Assembly (NCBI GenBank): GCA_040954595.2
Contig: CM082592.2
Span: forward strand, 9,287,677 to 9,351,676
Origin: Balanoglossus misakiensis
Taxonomy: Eukaryota; Animalia; Hemichordata
DNA: 64,000 bases
Direction: 5' to 3'
A program made the position numbers and the translations under genes. Positions 50,601 through 64,000 of the stretch are shown one piece after another (position 1 is the first letter of the stretch; the number at the start of each line of letters is the position of its first letter). A model generated the notes under the pieces. That model made no database searches. It was not told where the DNA came from and saw only the letters and a program-made list of their open reading frames with translations.

Positions 50601-53600
50601 TTTTTGAACATTTTCCTGAGCTATAACCCATTGGGTTTTTTCAAAAAATGACCAAATTTTGAAAATTCGCAAAGTCGAAAAATCCTCGATTTTTGAACAT
50701 TTTCCTGAGCTATAACCCATTGTTTTTTCAAAAAATGACCAAATTTTGAAAATTCGCAAAGTCGAAAAATCCTCGATTTTTGAACATTTTCCTGAGCTAT
50801 AACCCATTGTTTTTTCAAAAAATGACCAAATTTTGAAAATTCGCAAAGTCGAAAAATCCTCGATTTTTGAACATTTTCCTGAGCTATAACCCATGGTTTT
50901 TTTCAAAAAATGACCAAATTTTGAAAATTCGCAAAGTCGAAAAATCCTCGATTTTTGAACATTTTCCTGAGCTATAACCCATGGTTTTTTCAAAAAATGA
51001 CCAAATTTTGAAAATTCGCAAAGTCGAAAAATACTCGATTTTTGAACATTTTCCTGAGCTATAACCCATGGTTTTTTTCAAAAAATGACCAAATTTTGAA
51101 AATTCGCAAAGTCGAAAAATACTCGATTTTTGAACATTTTCCTGAGCTATAACCCATGGTTATTTCAAAAAATGACCAAATTTTGAAAATTCGCAAAGTT
51201 GAAAAATCCTCGATTTTTGAACATTTTCCTGAGCTATAACCCATGGTTTTTTCAAAAAATGACCAAATTTTGAAAATTCGCAAAGTCGAAAAATCCTCGA
51301 TTTTTGAACATTTTCCTGAGCTATAACCCATTGTTTTTTCAAAAAATGACCAAATTTTGAAAATTCGCAAAGTCGAAAAATCCTCGATTTTTGAACATTT
51401 TCCTGAGCTATAACCCATGGTTTTTTCAATAAATGACCAAATTTTGAAAATTCGCAAAGTCGAAAAATCCTCGATTTTTGAACATTTTCCTGAGCTATAA
51501 CCCATGGTTTTTTCAAAAAATGACCAAATTTTGAAAATTCGCAAAGTCGAAAAATCCTCGATTTTTGAACATTTTCCTGAGCTATAACCCATGGTTTTTT
51601 CAAAAAATGACAAAATTTTGAAAATTCGCAAAGTCGAAAAATCCTCGATTTTTGAACATTTTCCTGAGCTATAACCCATGGTTTTTTCAAAAAATGACCA
51701 AATTTTGAAAATTCGCAAAGTCGAAAAATCCTCGATTTTTGAACATTTTCCTGAGCTATAACCCATGGTTTTTTCAAAAAATGACCAAATTTTGAAAATT
51801 CGCAAAGTCGAAAAATCCTCGATTTTTGAACATTTTCCTGAGCTATAACCCATGGTTTTTTCAAAAAATGACCAAATTTTGAAAATTCGCAAAGTCGAAA
51901 ATCCTCTATTTTTGAACATTTTCCTGAGCTATAACCCATGGTTTTTCAAAAAATGACCAAATTTTGAAAATTCGCAAAGTCGAAAAATCGTCGATTTTTG
52001 AACATTTTCCTGAGCTATAACCCATGGTTTTTCAAAAAATGACCAAATTTTGAAAATTCGCAAAGTCGAAAAATCCTCGATTTTTGAACATTTTCCTGAG
52101 CTATAACCCATGGTTTTTTCAAAAAATGACCAAATTTTGAAAATTCGCAAAGTCGAAAAATCCTCGATTTTTGAACATTTTCCTGAGCTATAACCCATGG
52201 TTTTTTCAAAAAATGACCAAATTTTGAAAATTCGCAAAGTCGAAAAATCCTCGATTTTTGAACATTTTCCTGAGCTATAACCCATGGTTTTTTCAAAAAA
52301 TGACCAAATTTTGAAAATTCGCAAAGTCGAAAAATCCTCGATTTTTGAACATTTTCCTGAGCTATAACCCATGGTTTTTTCAAAAAAATGACCAAATTTT
52401 GAAAATTCGCAAAGTCGAAAAATCCTCGATTTTTGAACATTTTCCTGAGCTATAACCCATGGTTTTTTCAAAAAATGACCAAATTTTGAAAATTCGCAAA
52501 GTCGAAAAATCCTCGATTTTTGAACATTTTCCTGAGCTATAACCCATGGTTTTTTCAAAAAATGACCAAATTTTGAAAATTCGCAAAGTCGAAAAATCCT
52601 CGATTTTTGAACATTTTCCTGAGCTATAACCCATGGTTTTTTCAAAAAATGACCAAATTTTGAAAATTCGCAAAGTCGAAAAATCCTCGATTTTTGAACA
52701 TTTTCCTGAGCTATAACCCCATGGTTTTTTCAAAAAATGACCAAATTTTGAAAATTCGCAAAGTCGAAAAATCCTCTATTTTTGAACATTTTCCTGAGCT
52801 ATAACCATGGTTTTTTCAAAAAATGACCAAATTTTGAAAATTCGCAAAGTCGAAAAATCCTCGATTTTTTGAACATTTTCCTGAGCTATAACCCATGGTT
52901 TTTTCAAAAAATGACCAAATTTTGAAAATTCGCAAAGTCGAAAAATCCTCGATTTTTGAACATTTTCCTGAGCTATAACCCATGGTTTTTTCAAAAAATG
53001 ACCAAATTTTTGAAAATTCGCAAAGTCGAAAAATCCTCGATTTTTGAACATTTTCCTGAGCTATAACCCATGGTTTTTTCAAAAAATGACCAAATTTTGA
53101 AAATTCGCAAAGTCGAAAAATCCTCGATTTTTGAACATTTTCCTGAGCTATAACCCATGGTTTTTTCAAAAAATGACCAAATTTGAAAATTCGCAAAGTC
53201 GAAAAATCCTCGATTTTGAACATTTTCCTGAGCTATAACCCATGGTTTTTTTCAAAAAATGACCAAATTTTGAAAATTCGCAAAGTCGAAAAATCCTCGA
53301 TTTTTGAACATTTTCCTGAGCTATAACCCATGGTTTTTTTCAAAAAATGACCAAATTTTGAAAATTCGCAAAGTCGAAAAATCCTCGATTTTTGAACATT
53401 TTCCTGAGCTATAACCCATGGTTTTTTCAAAAAATGACCAAATTTTGAAAATTCGCAAAGTCGAAAAATCCTCGATTTTTGAACATTTTCCTGAGCTATA
53501 ACCCATGGTTTTTTCAAAAAATGACCAAATTTTGAAAATTCGCAAAGTCGAAAAATCCTCGATTTTTGAACATTTTCCTGAGCTATAACCCATGGTTTTT

Positions 53601-54832
53601 TCAAAAAATGACCAAATTTTGAAAATTCGCAAAGTCGAAAAATCCTCGATTTTTGAACATTTTCCTGAGCTATAACCCATGGTTTTTTCAAAAAATGACC
53701 AAATTTTGAAAATTCGCAAAGTCGAAAAATCCTCGATTTTTGAACATTTTCCTGAGCTATAACCCATGGTTTTTTCAAAAAATGACCAAATTTTGAAATT
53801 CGCAAAGTCGAAAAATCCTCTATTTTTGAACATTTTCCTGAGCTATAACCCATGGTTTTTCAAAAAATGACCAAATTTTGAAAATTCGCAAAGTCGAAAA
53901 AATCCTCGATTTTTGAACATTTTCCTGAGCTATAACCCATGGTTTTTTCAAAAAATGACCAAATTTTGAAAATTCGCAAAGTCGAAAAATCCTCTATTTT
54001 TGAACATTTTCCTGAGCTATAACCCATGGTTTTTTCAAAAAATGACCAAATTTTGAAAATTCGCAAAGTCGAAAAATCCTCGATTTTTGAACATTTTCCT
54101 GAGCTATAACCCATGGTTTTTTCAAAAAATGACCAAATTTTGAAAATTCGCAAAGTCGAAAAATCCTCGATTTTTGAACATTTTCCTGAGCTATAACCCA
54201 TGGTTTTTTCAAAAAATGACCAAATTTTGAAAATTCGCAAAGTCGAAAAATCCTCGATTTTTGAACATTTTCCTGAGCTATAACCCATGGTTTTTTCAAA
54301 AAATGACCAAATTTTGAAAATTCGCAAAGTCGAAAAATCCTCTATTTTTGAACATTTTCCTGAGCTATAACCCATGGTTTTTTCAAAAAATGACCAAATT
54401 TTGAAAATTCGCAAAGTCGAAAAATCCTCGATTTTTGAACATTTTCCTGAGCTATAACCCATGGTTTTTTCAAAAAATGACCAAATTTTGAAAATTCGCA
54501 AAGTCGAAAAATCCTCTATTTTTGAACATTTTCCTGAGCTATAACCCATGGTTTTTTCAAAAAATGACCAAATTTTGAAAATTCGCAAAGTCGAAAAATC
54601 CTCGATTTTTGAACATTTTCCTGAGCTATAACCCATGGTTTTTTCAAAAAATGACCAAATTTTGAAAATTCGCAAAGTCGAAAAATCCTCGATTTTTGAA
54701 CATTTTCCTGAGCTATAACCCATGGTTTTTTCAAAAAATGACCAAATTTTGAAAATTCGCAAAGTCGAAAAATCCTCGATTTTTGAACATTTTCCTGAGC
54801 TATAACCCATGGTTTTTTCAAAAAATGACCAA
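38697..54832 (-). repeat. 87-bp satellite DNA, left arm (about 185 monomers)
   Basis: Plus-strand monomer ccatggttttttcaaaaaatgaccaaattttgaaaattcgcaaagtcgaaaaatcctcgatttttgaacattttcctgagctataac. Copies are near-identical; variation is mostly homopolymer indels. Confidence 0.99.
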
Positions 54833-57800
54833 GCTCAGGAAAATGTTCAAAAATCGAGGATTTTTCGACTTTGCGAAATTTTCAAAATTTGGTCATTTTT
54901 TGAAAAAACCATGGGTTATAGCTCAGGAAAATGTTCAAAAATCGAGGATTTTTCGACTTTGCGAAATTTTCAAAATTTGGTCATTTTTTGAAAAAACCAT
55001 GGGTTATAGCTCAGGAAAATGTTCAAAAATCGAGGATTTTTCGACTTTGCGAAATTGTCAAAATTTGGTCATTTTTTGAAAAAACCATGGGTTATAGCTC
55101 AGGAAAATGTTCAAAAATCGAAGATTTTTCGACTTTGCGAAATTTTCAGAATTTGGTCATTTTTTGAAAAAACCATGGGTTATAGCTCAGGAAAATGTTC
55201 AAAAATCGAGGATTTTTCGACTTTGCGAAATTTTCAAAATTTGGTCATTTTTTGAAAAAACCATGGGTTATAGCTCAGGAAAATGTTCAAAAATCGAGGA
55301 TTTTTCGACTTTGCGAATTTTCAAAATTTGGTCATTTTTCAAAAAACCATGGGTTATAGCTCAGGAAAATGTTCAAAAATCGAGGATTTTTCGACTTTGC
55401 GAATTTTCAAAATTTGGTCATTTTTTGAAAAAACCATGGGTTATAGCTCAGGAAAATGTTCAAAAATCGAGGATTTTTCGACTTTGCGAATTTTCAAAAT
55501 TTGGTCATTTTTTGAAAAAACCATGGGTTATAGCTCAGGAAAATGTTCAAAAATCGAGGATTTTTCGACTTTGCGAATTTTCAAAATTTGGTCATTTTTT
55601 GAAAAAACCATGGGTTATAGCTCAGGAAAATGTTCAAAAATCGAGGATTTTTCGACTTTGCGAATTTTCAAAATTTGGTCATTTTTTGAAAAAACCATGG
55701 GTTATAGCTCAGGAAAATGTTCAAAAATCGAGGATTTTTCGACTTTGCGAATTTTCAAAATTTGGTCATTTTTTGAAAAAACCATGGGTTATAGCTCAGG
55801 AAAATGTTCAAAAATCGAGGATTTTTCGACTTTGCGAATTTTCAAAATTTGGTCATTTTTTGAAAAAACCATGGGTTATAGCTCAGGAAAATGTTCAAAA
55901 ATCGAGGATTTTTCGACTTTGCGAATTTTCAAAATTTGGTCATTTTTTGAAAAAACCATGGGTTATAGCTCAGGAAAATGTTCAAAAATCGAGGATTTTT
56001 CGACTTTGCGAATTTTCAAAATTTGGTCATTTTTTGAAAAAACCATGGGTTATAGCTCAGGAAAATGTTCAAAAATCGAGGATTTTTCGACTTTGCGAAT
56101 TTTCAAAATTTGGTCATTTTTTGTAAAAACCATGGGTTATAGCTCAGGAAAATGTTCAAAAATCGAGGATTTTTCGACTTTGCGAATTTTCAAAATTTGG
56201 TCATTTTTTGAAAAAACCATGGGTTATAGCTCAGGAAAATGTTCAAAAATCGAGGATTTTTCGACTTTGCGAATTTTTCAAAATTTGGTCATTTTTTGAA
56301 AAAACCATGGGTTATAGCTCAGGAAAATGTTCAAAAATCGAGGATTTTTCGACTTTGCGAATTTTCAAAATTTGGTCATTTTTTGAAAAAACCATGGGTT
56401 ATAGCTCAGGAAAATGTTCAAAAATCGAGGATTTTTCGACTTTGCGAATTTTCAAAATTGGTCATTTTTTGAAAAAACCATGGGTTATAGCTCAGGAAAA
56501 TGTTCAAAAATCGAGGATTTTTCGACTTTGCGAATTTTCAAAATTTGGTCATTTTTTGAAAAAACCATGGGGTATAGCTCAGGAAAATGTTCAAAAATCG
56601 AGGATTTTTCGACTTTGCGAATTTTCAAAATTTGGTCATTTTTTGAAAAAACCATGGGTTATAGCTCAGGAAAATGTTCAAAAATCGAGGATTTTTCGAC
56701 TTTGCGAATTTTCAAAATTTAGTCATTTTTTGAAAAAACCATGGGTTATAGCTCAGGAAAATGTTCAAAAATCGAGGATTTTTCGACTTTGCGAATTTTC
56801 AAAATTTGGTCATTTTTTGAAAAAACCATGGGTTATAGCTCAGGAAAATGTTCAAAAATCGAGGATTTTTCGACTTTGCGAATTTTCAAAATTTGGTCAT
56901 TTTTGAAAAAACCATGGGTTATAGCTCAGGAAAATGTTCAAAAATCGAGGATTTTTCGACTTTGCGAATTTTCAAAATTTGGTCATTTTTTGAAAAAACC
57001 ATGGGTTATAGCTCAGGAAAATGTTCAAAAATCGAGGATTTTTCGACTTTGCGAATTTTCAAAATTTGGTCATTTTTTGAAAAAACCATGGGTTATAGCT
57101 CAGGAAAATGTTCAAAAATCGAGGATTTTTCGACTTTTCGAATTTTCAAAATTTGGTCATTTTTTGAAAAAACCATGGGTTATAGCTCAGGAAAATGTTC
57201 AAAAATCGAGGATTTTTCGACTTTGCGAATTTTCAAAATTTAGTCATTTTTTGAAAAAACCATGGGTTATAGCTCAGGAAAATGTTCAAAAATCGAGGAT
57301 TTTTCGACTTTGCGAATTTTCAAAATTTGGTCATTTTTTGAAAAAACCATGGGTTATAGCTCAGGAAAATGTTCAAAAATCGAGGATTTTTCGACTTTGC
57401 GAATTTTCAAAATTTGGTCATTTTTTGAAAAAACCATGGGTTATAGCTCAGGAAAATGTTCAAAAATCGAGGATTTTTCGACTTTGCGAATTTTCAAAAT
57501 TTGGTCATTTTTTGAAAAAACCATGGGTTATAGCTCAGGAAAATGTTCAAAAATCGAGGATTTTTCGACTTTGCGAATTTTCAAAATTTGGTCATTTTTT
57601 GAAAAAACCATGGGTTATAGCTCAGGAAAATGTTCAAAAATCGAGGATTTTTCGACTTTGCGAATTTTCAAAATTTGGTCATTTTTTGAAAAAACCATGG
57701 GTTATAGCTCAGGAAAATGTTCAAAAATCGAGGATTTTTCGACTTTGCGAATTTTCAAAATTTGGTCATTTTTTGTAAAAACCATGGGTTATAGCTCAGG

Positions 57801-60800
57801 AAAATGTTCAAAAATCGAGGATTTTTCGACTTTGCGAATTTTCAAAATTTGGTCATTTTTTGAAAAAACCATGGGTTATAGCTCAGGAAAATGTTCAAAA
57901 ATCGAGGATTTTTCGACTTTGCGAATTTTCAAAATTTGGTCATTTTTTGAAAAAACCATGGGTTATAGCTCAGGAAAATGTTCAAAAATCGAGGATTTTT
58001 CGACTTTGCGAATTTTCAAAATTTGGTCATTTTTTGAAAAAACCATGGGTTATAGCTCAGGAAAATGTTCAAAAATCGAGGATTTTTCGACTTTGCGAAT
58101 TTTCAAAATTGGTCATTTTTTGAAAAAACCATGGGTTATAGCTCAGGAAAATGTTCAAAAATCGAGGATTTTTCGACTTTGCGAATTTTCAAAATTTGGT
58201 CATTTTTTGAAAAAACCATGGGGTATAGCTCAGGAAAATGTTCAAAAATCGAGGATTTTTCGACTTTGCGAATTTTCAAAATTTGGTCATTTTTTGAAAA
58301 AACCATGGGTTATAGCTCAGGAAAATGTTCAAAAATCGAGGATTTTTCGACTTTGCGAATTTTCAAAATTTAGTCATTTTTTGAAAAAACCATGGGTTAT
58401 AGCTCAGGAAAATGTTCAAAAATCGAGGATTTTTCGACTTTGCGAATTTTCAAAATTTGGTCATTTTTTGAAAAAACCATGGGTTATAGCTCAGGAAAAT
58501 GTTCAAAAATCGAGGATTTTTCGACTTTGCGAATTTTCAAAATTTGGTCATTTTTTGAAAAAACCATGGGTTATAGCTCAGGAAAATGTTCAAAAATCGA
58601 GGATTTTTCGACTTTGCGAATTTTCAAAATTTGGTCATTTTTTGAAAAAACCATGGGTTATAGCTCAGGAAAATGTTCAAAAATCGAGGATTTTTCGACT
58701 TTGCGAATTTTCAAAATTTGGTCATTTTTTGAAAAAACCATGGGTTATAGCTCAGGAAAATGTTCAAAAATCGAGGATTTTTCGACTTTTCGAATTTTCA
58801 AAATTTGGTCATTTTTTGAAAAAACCATGGGTTATAGCTCAGGAAAATGTTCAAAAATCGAGGATTTTTCGACTTTGCGAATTTTCAAAATTTAGTCATT
58901 TTTTGAAAAAACCATGGGTTATAGCTCAGGAAAATGTTCAAAAATCGAGGATTTTTCGACTTTGCGAATTTTCAAAATTTGGTCATTTTTTGAAAAAACC
59001 ATGGGTTATAGCTCAGGAAAATGTTCAAAAATCGAGGATTTTTCGACTTTGCGAATTTTCAAAATTTGGTCATTTTTTGAAAAAACCATGGGTTATAGCT
59101 CAGGAAAATGTTCAAAAATCGAGGATTTTTCGACTTTGCGAATTTTCAAAATTTGGTCATTTTTTGAAAAAACCATGGGTTATAGCTCAGGAAAATGTTC
59201 AAAAATCGAGGATTTTTCGACTTTGCGAATTTTCAAAATTTGGTCATTTTTTGAAAAAACCATGGGTTATAGCTCAGGAAAATGTTCAAAAATCGAGGAT
59301 TTTTCGACTTTGCGAATTTTCAAAATTTGGTCATTTTTTGAAAAAACCATGGGTTATAGCTCAGGAAAATGTTGAAAAATCGAGGATTTTTCGACTTTGC
59401 GAATTTTCAAAATTTGGTCATTTTTTGAAAAAACCATGGGTTATAGCTCAGGAAAATGTTCAAAAATCGAGGATTTTTCGACTTTGCGAATTTTCAAAAT
59501 TTAGTCATTTTTTGAAAAAACCATGGGTTATAGCTCAGGAAAATGTTCAAAAATCGAGGATTTTTCGACTTTGCGAATTTTCAAAATTTGGTCATTTTTT
59601 GAAAAAACCATGGGTTATAGCTCAGGAAAATGTTCAAAAATCGAGGATTTTTCGACTTTGCGAATTTTCAAAATTTGGTCATTTTTTGAAAAAACCATGG
59701 GTTATAGCTCAGGAAAATGTTCAAAAATCGAGGATTTTTCGACTTTGCGAATTTTCAAAATTTGGTCATTTTTTGAAAAAACCATGGGTTATAGCTCAGG
59801 AAAATGTTCAAAAATCGAGGATTTTTCGACTTTGCGAATTTTCAAAATTTGGTCATTTTTTGAAAAAACCATGGGTTATAGCTCAGGAAAATGTTCAAAA
59901 ATCGAGGATTTTTCGACTTTTCGAATTTTCAAAATTTGGTCATTTTTTGAAAAAACCATGGGTTATAGCTCAGGAAAATGTTCAAAAATCGAGGATTTTT
60001 CGACTTTGCGAATTTTCAAAATTTAGTCATTTTTTGAAAAAACCATGGGTTATAGCTCAGGAAAATGTTCAAAAATCGAGGATTTTTCGACTTTGCGAAT
60101 TTTCAAAATTTGGTCATTTTTTGAAAAAACCATGGGTTATAGCTCAGGAAAATGTTCAAAAATCGAGGATTTTTCGACTTTGCGAATTTTCAAAATTTGG
60201 TCATTTTTTGAAAAAACCATGGGTTATAGCTCAGGAAAATGTTCAAAAATCGAGGATTTTTCGACTTTGCGAATTTTCAAAATTTGGTCATTTTTTGAAA
60301 AAACCATGGGTTATAGCTCAGGAAAATGTTCAAAAATCGAGGATTTTTCGACTTTGCGAATTTTCAAAATTTGGTCATTTTTTGAAAAAACCATGGGTTA
60401 TAGCTCAGGAAAATGTTCAAAAATCGAGGATTTTTCGACTTTGCGAATTTTCAAAATTTGGTCATTTTTTGAAAAAACCATGGGTTATAGCTCAGGAATA
60501 TGTTGAAAAATCGAGGATTTTTCGACTTTGCGAATTTTCAAAATTTGGTCATTTTTTGAAAAAACCATGGGTTATAGCTCAGGAAAATGTTGAAAAATCG
60601 AGGATTTTTCGACTTTGCGAATTTTCAAAATTTGGTCATTTTTTGAAAAAACCATGGGTTATAGCTCAGGAAAATGTTCAAAAATCGAGGATTTTTCGAC
60701 TTTGCGAATTTTCAAAATTTAGTCATTTTTTGAAAAAACCATGGGTTATAGCTCAGGAAAATGTTCAAAAATCGAGGATTTTTCGACTTTGCGAATTTTC

Positions 60801-63800
60801 AAAATTTGGTCATTTTTTGAAAAAACCATGGGTTATAGCTCAGGAAAATGTTCAAAAATCGAGGATTTTTCGACTTTGCGAATTTTCAAAATTTAGTCAT
60901 TTTTTGAAAAAACCATGGGTTATAGCTCAGGAAAATGTTCAAAAATCGAGGATTTTTCGACTTTGCGAATTTTCAAAATTTGGTCATTTTTTGAAAAAAC
61001 CATGGGTTATAGCTCAGGAAAATGTTCAAAAATCGAGGATTTTTCGACTTTGCGAATTTTCAAAATTTGGTCATTTTTTGAAAAAACCATGGGTTATAGC
61101 TCAGGAAAATGTTCAAATATCGAGGATTTTTCGACTTTGCGAATTTTCAAAATTTGGTCATTTTTTGAAAAAACCATGGGTTATAGCTCAGGAAAATGTT
61201 CAAATATCGAGGATTTTTCGACTTTGCGAATTTTCAAAATTTGGTCATTTTTTGAAAAAACCATGGGTTATAGCTCAGGAAAATGTTCAAAAATCGAGGA
61301 TTTTTCGACTTTGCGAATTTTCAAAATTTGGTCATTTTTTGAAAAAACCATGGGTTATAGCTCAGGAAAATGTTCAAAAATCGAGGATTTTTCGACTTTG
61401 CGAATTTTCAAAATTTGGTCATTTTTTGAAAAAACCATGGGTTATAGCTCAGGAAAATGTTCAAAAATCGAGGATTTTTCGACTTTGCGAATTTTCAAAA
61501 TTTGGTCATTTTTTGAAAAAACCATGGGTTATAGCTCAGGAAAATGTTCAAAAATCGAGGATTTTTCGACTTTGCGAATTTTCAAAATTTGGTCATTTTT
61601 TGGAAAAACCATGGGTTATAGCTCAGGAAAATGTTCAAAAATCGAGGATTTTTCGACTTTGCGAATTTTCAAAATTTGGTCATTTTTTGAAAAAACCATG
61701 GGTTATAGCTCAGGAAAATGTTCAAATATCGAGGATTTTTCGACTTTGCGAATTTTCAAAATTTGGTCATTTTTTGAAAAAACCATGGGTTATAGCTCAG
61801 GAAAATGTTCAAAAATCGAGGATTTTTCGACTTTGCGAATTTTCAAAATTTGGTCATTTTTTGAAAAAACCATGGGTTATAGCTCAGGAAAATGTTCAAA
61901 AATCGAGGATTTTTCGACTTTGCGAATTTTCAAAATTTGGTCATTTTTTGAAAAAACCATGGGTTATAGCTCAGGAAAATGTTCAAAAATCGAGGATTTT
62001 TCGACTTTGCGAATTTTCAAAATTTGGTCATTTTTTGAAAAAACCATGGGTTATAGCTCAGGAAAATGTTCAAAAATCGAGGATTTTTCGACTTTGCGAA
62101 TTTTCAAAATTTGGTCATTTTTTGAAAAAAAACATGGGTTATAGCTCAGGAAAATGTTCAAAAATCTTGGATTTTTCGACTTTGCGAATTTTCAAAATTT
62201 GGTCATTTTTTGAAAAAACCATGGGTTATAGCTCAGGAAAATGTTCAAAAATCGAGGATTTTTCGACTTTGCGAATTTTCAAAATTTGGTCATTTTTTGA
62301 AAAAACCATGGGTTATAGCTCAGGAAAATGTTCAAAAATCGAGGATTTTTCGACTTTGCGAATTTTCAAAATTTGGTCATTTTTTGAAAAAACCATGGGT
62401 TATAGCTCAGGAAAATGTTCAAAAATCGAGGATTTTTCGACTTTTCGAATTTTCAAAATTTGGTCATTTTTTGAAAAAACCATGGGTTATAGCTCAGGAA
62501 AATGTTCAAAAATCGAGGATTTTTCGACTTTTCGAATTTTCAAAATTTGGTCATTTTTTGAAAAAACCATGGGTTATAGCTCAGGAAAATGTTCAAAAAT
62601 CGAGGATTTTTCGACTTTTCGAATTTTCAAAATTTGGTCATTTTTTTAAAAAACCATGGGTTATAGCTCAGGAAAATGTTCAAAAATCGAGGATTTTTCG
62701 ACTTTGCGAATTTTCAAAATTTAGTCATTTTTTGAAAAAACCATGGGTTATAGCTCAGGAAAATGTTCAAAAATCGAGGATTTTTCGACTTTGCGAATTT
62801 TCAAAATTTGGTCATTTTTTGAAAAAACCATGGGTTATAGCTCAGGAAAATGTTCAAAAATCGAGGATTTTTCGACTTTGCGAATTTTCAAAATTTGGTC
62901 ATTTTTTGAAAAAACCATGGGTTATAGCTCAGGAAAATGTTCAAAAATCGAGGATTTTTCGACTTTGCGAATTTTCAAAATTTGGTCATTTTTTTGAAAA
63001 AACCATGGGTTATAGCTCAGGAAAATGTTCAAAAATCGAGGATTTTTCGACTTTGCGAATTTTCAAAATTTGGTCATTTTTTGAAAAAACCATGGGTTAT
63101 AGCTCAGGAAAATGTTGAAAAATCGAGGATTTTTCGACTTTGCGAATTTTCAAAATTTGGTCATTTTTTGAAAAAACCATGGGTTATAGCTCAGGAAAAT
63201 GTTGAAAAATCGAGGATTTTTCGACTTTGCGAATTTTCAAAATTTGGTCATTTTTTGAAAAAACCATGGGTTATAGCTCAGGAAAATGTTCAAATATCGA
63301 GGATTTTTCGACTTTGCGAATTTTCAAAATTTGGTCATTTTTTGAAAAAACCATGGGTTATAGCTCAGGAAAATGTTCAAAAATCGAGGATTTTTCGACT
63401 TTGCGAATTTTCAAAATTTAGTCATTTTTTGAAAAAACCATGGGTTATAGCTCAGGAAAATGTTCAAAAATCGAGGATTTTTCGACTTTGCGAATTTTCA
63501 AAATTTGGTCATTTTTTGAAAAAACCATGGGTTATAGCTCAGGAAAATGTTCAAAAATCGAGGATTTTTCGACTTTGCGAATTTTCAAAATTTGGTCATT
63601 TTTTGAAAAAACCATGGGTTATAGCTCAGGAAAATGTTCAAAAATCGAGGATTTTTCGACTTTGCGAATTTTCAAAATTTGGTCATTTTTTGAAAAAACC
63701 ATGGGTTATAGCTCAGGAAAATGTTCAAAAATCGAGGATTTTTCGACTTTGCGAATTTTCAAAATTTGGTCATTTTTTGAAAAAACCATGGGTTATAGCT

Positions 63801-64000
63801 CAGGAAAATGTTCAAAAATCGAGGATTTTTCGACTTTTCGAATTTTCAAAATTTGGTCATTTTTTGAAAAAACCATGGGTTATAGCTCAGGAAAATGTTC
63901 AAAAATCGAGGATTTTTCGACTTTTCGAATTTTCAAAATTTGGTCATTTTTTGAAAAAACCATGGGTTATAGCTCAGGAAAATGTTCAAAAATCGAGGAT
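54832..64000 (+). repeat. 87-bp satellite DNA, right arm in inverted orientation (about 105 monomers, runs off the window)
   Basis: Reverse complement of the left-arm monomer (agctcaggaaaatgttcaaaaatcgaggatttttcgactttgcgaattttcaaaatttggtcattttttgaaaaaaccatgggttat). Confidence 0.99.

Noticed and set aside
38652-63421. Very long repetitive ORFs (up to 1795 aa; MGYSSGKCSK.../KKPWVIAQEN...)
   Set aside because: The monomer is 87 bp (29 codons) and happens to lack stops in two frames of one strand. Frames swap at homopolymer indels, several variants create stops, and there are no splice signals or unique termini. This is a satellite artefact, not a gene.
38697-64000. CRISPR array
   Set aside because: No unique spacers and no cas genes; the context is eukaryotic with introns.

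Overview
Eukaryotic (metazoan, probably invertebrate) genomic DNA with GT-AG introns. The window has three parts. (1) 1-13.9 kb is mostly non-coding and probably holds the 5' exons and introns of an unidentified minus-strand gene (best exon 8023-7644). (2) 14-38 kb is gene-dense. It holds an 18-exon minus-strand gene (about 1179 aa, modelled by hand) with a Melted/VEPH1-like helical domain, a Death domain, two TIR domains and a truncated UBX-like tail; a GT32/DXD Golgi glycosyltransferase; TIMM22; POLD4; TBL2; and a decayed WD40 remnant. (3) 38,697-64,000 is a very homogeneous 87-bp satellite (about 290 monomers). It flips orientation at about 54,832 and shows higher-order duplications (about 56-mer on the left, 19-mer and 13-mer on the right). 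All long ORFs after 38.6 kb are artefacts of this satellite. The best candidates for novelty are the VEPH1-like/Death/TIR/TIR/UBX gene, with its short-versus-long isoform question, and the inverted satellite junction. No database searches were run; family assignments come from motif recognition and recalled sequences.
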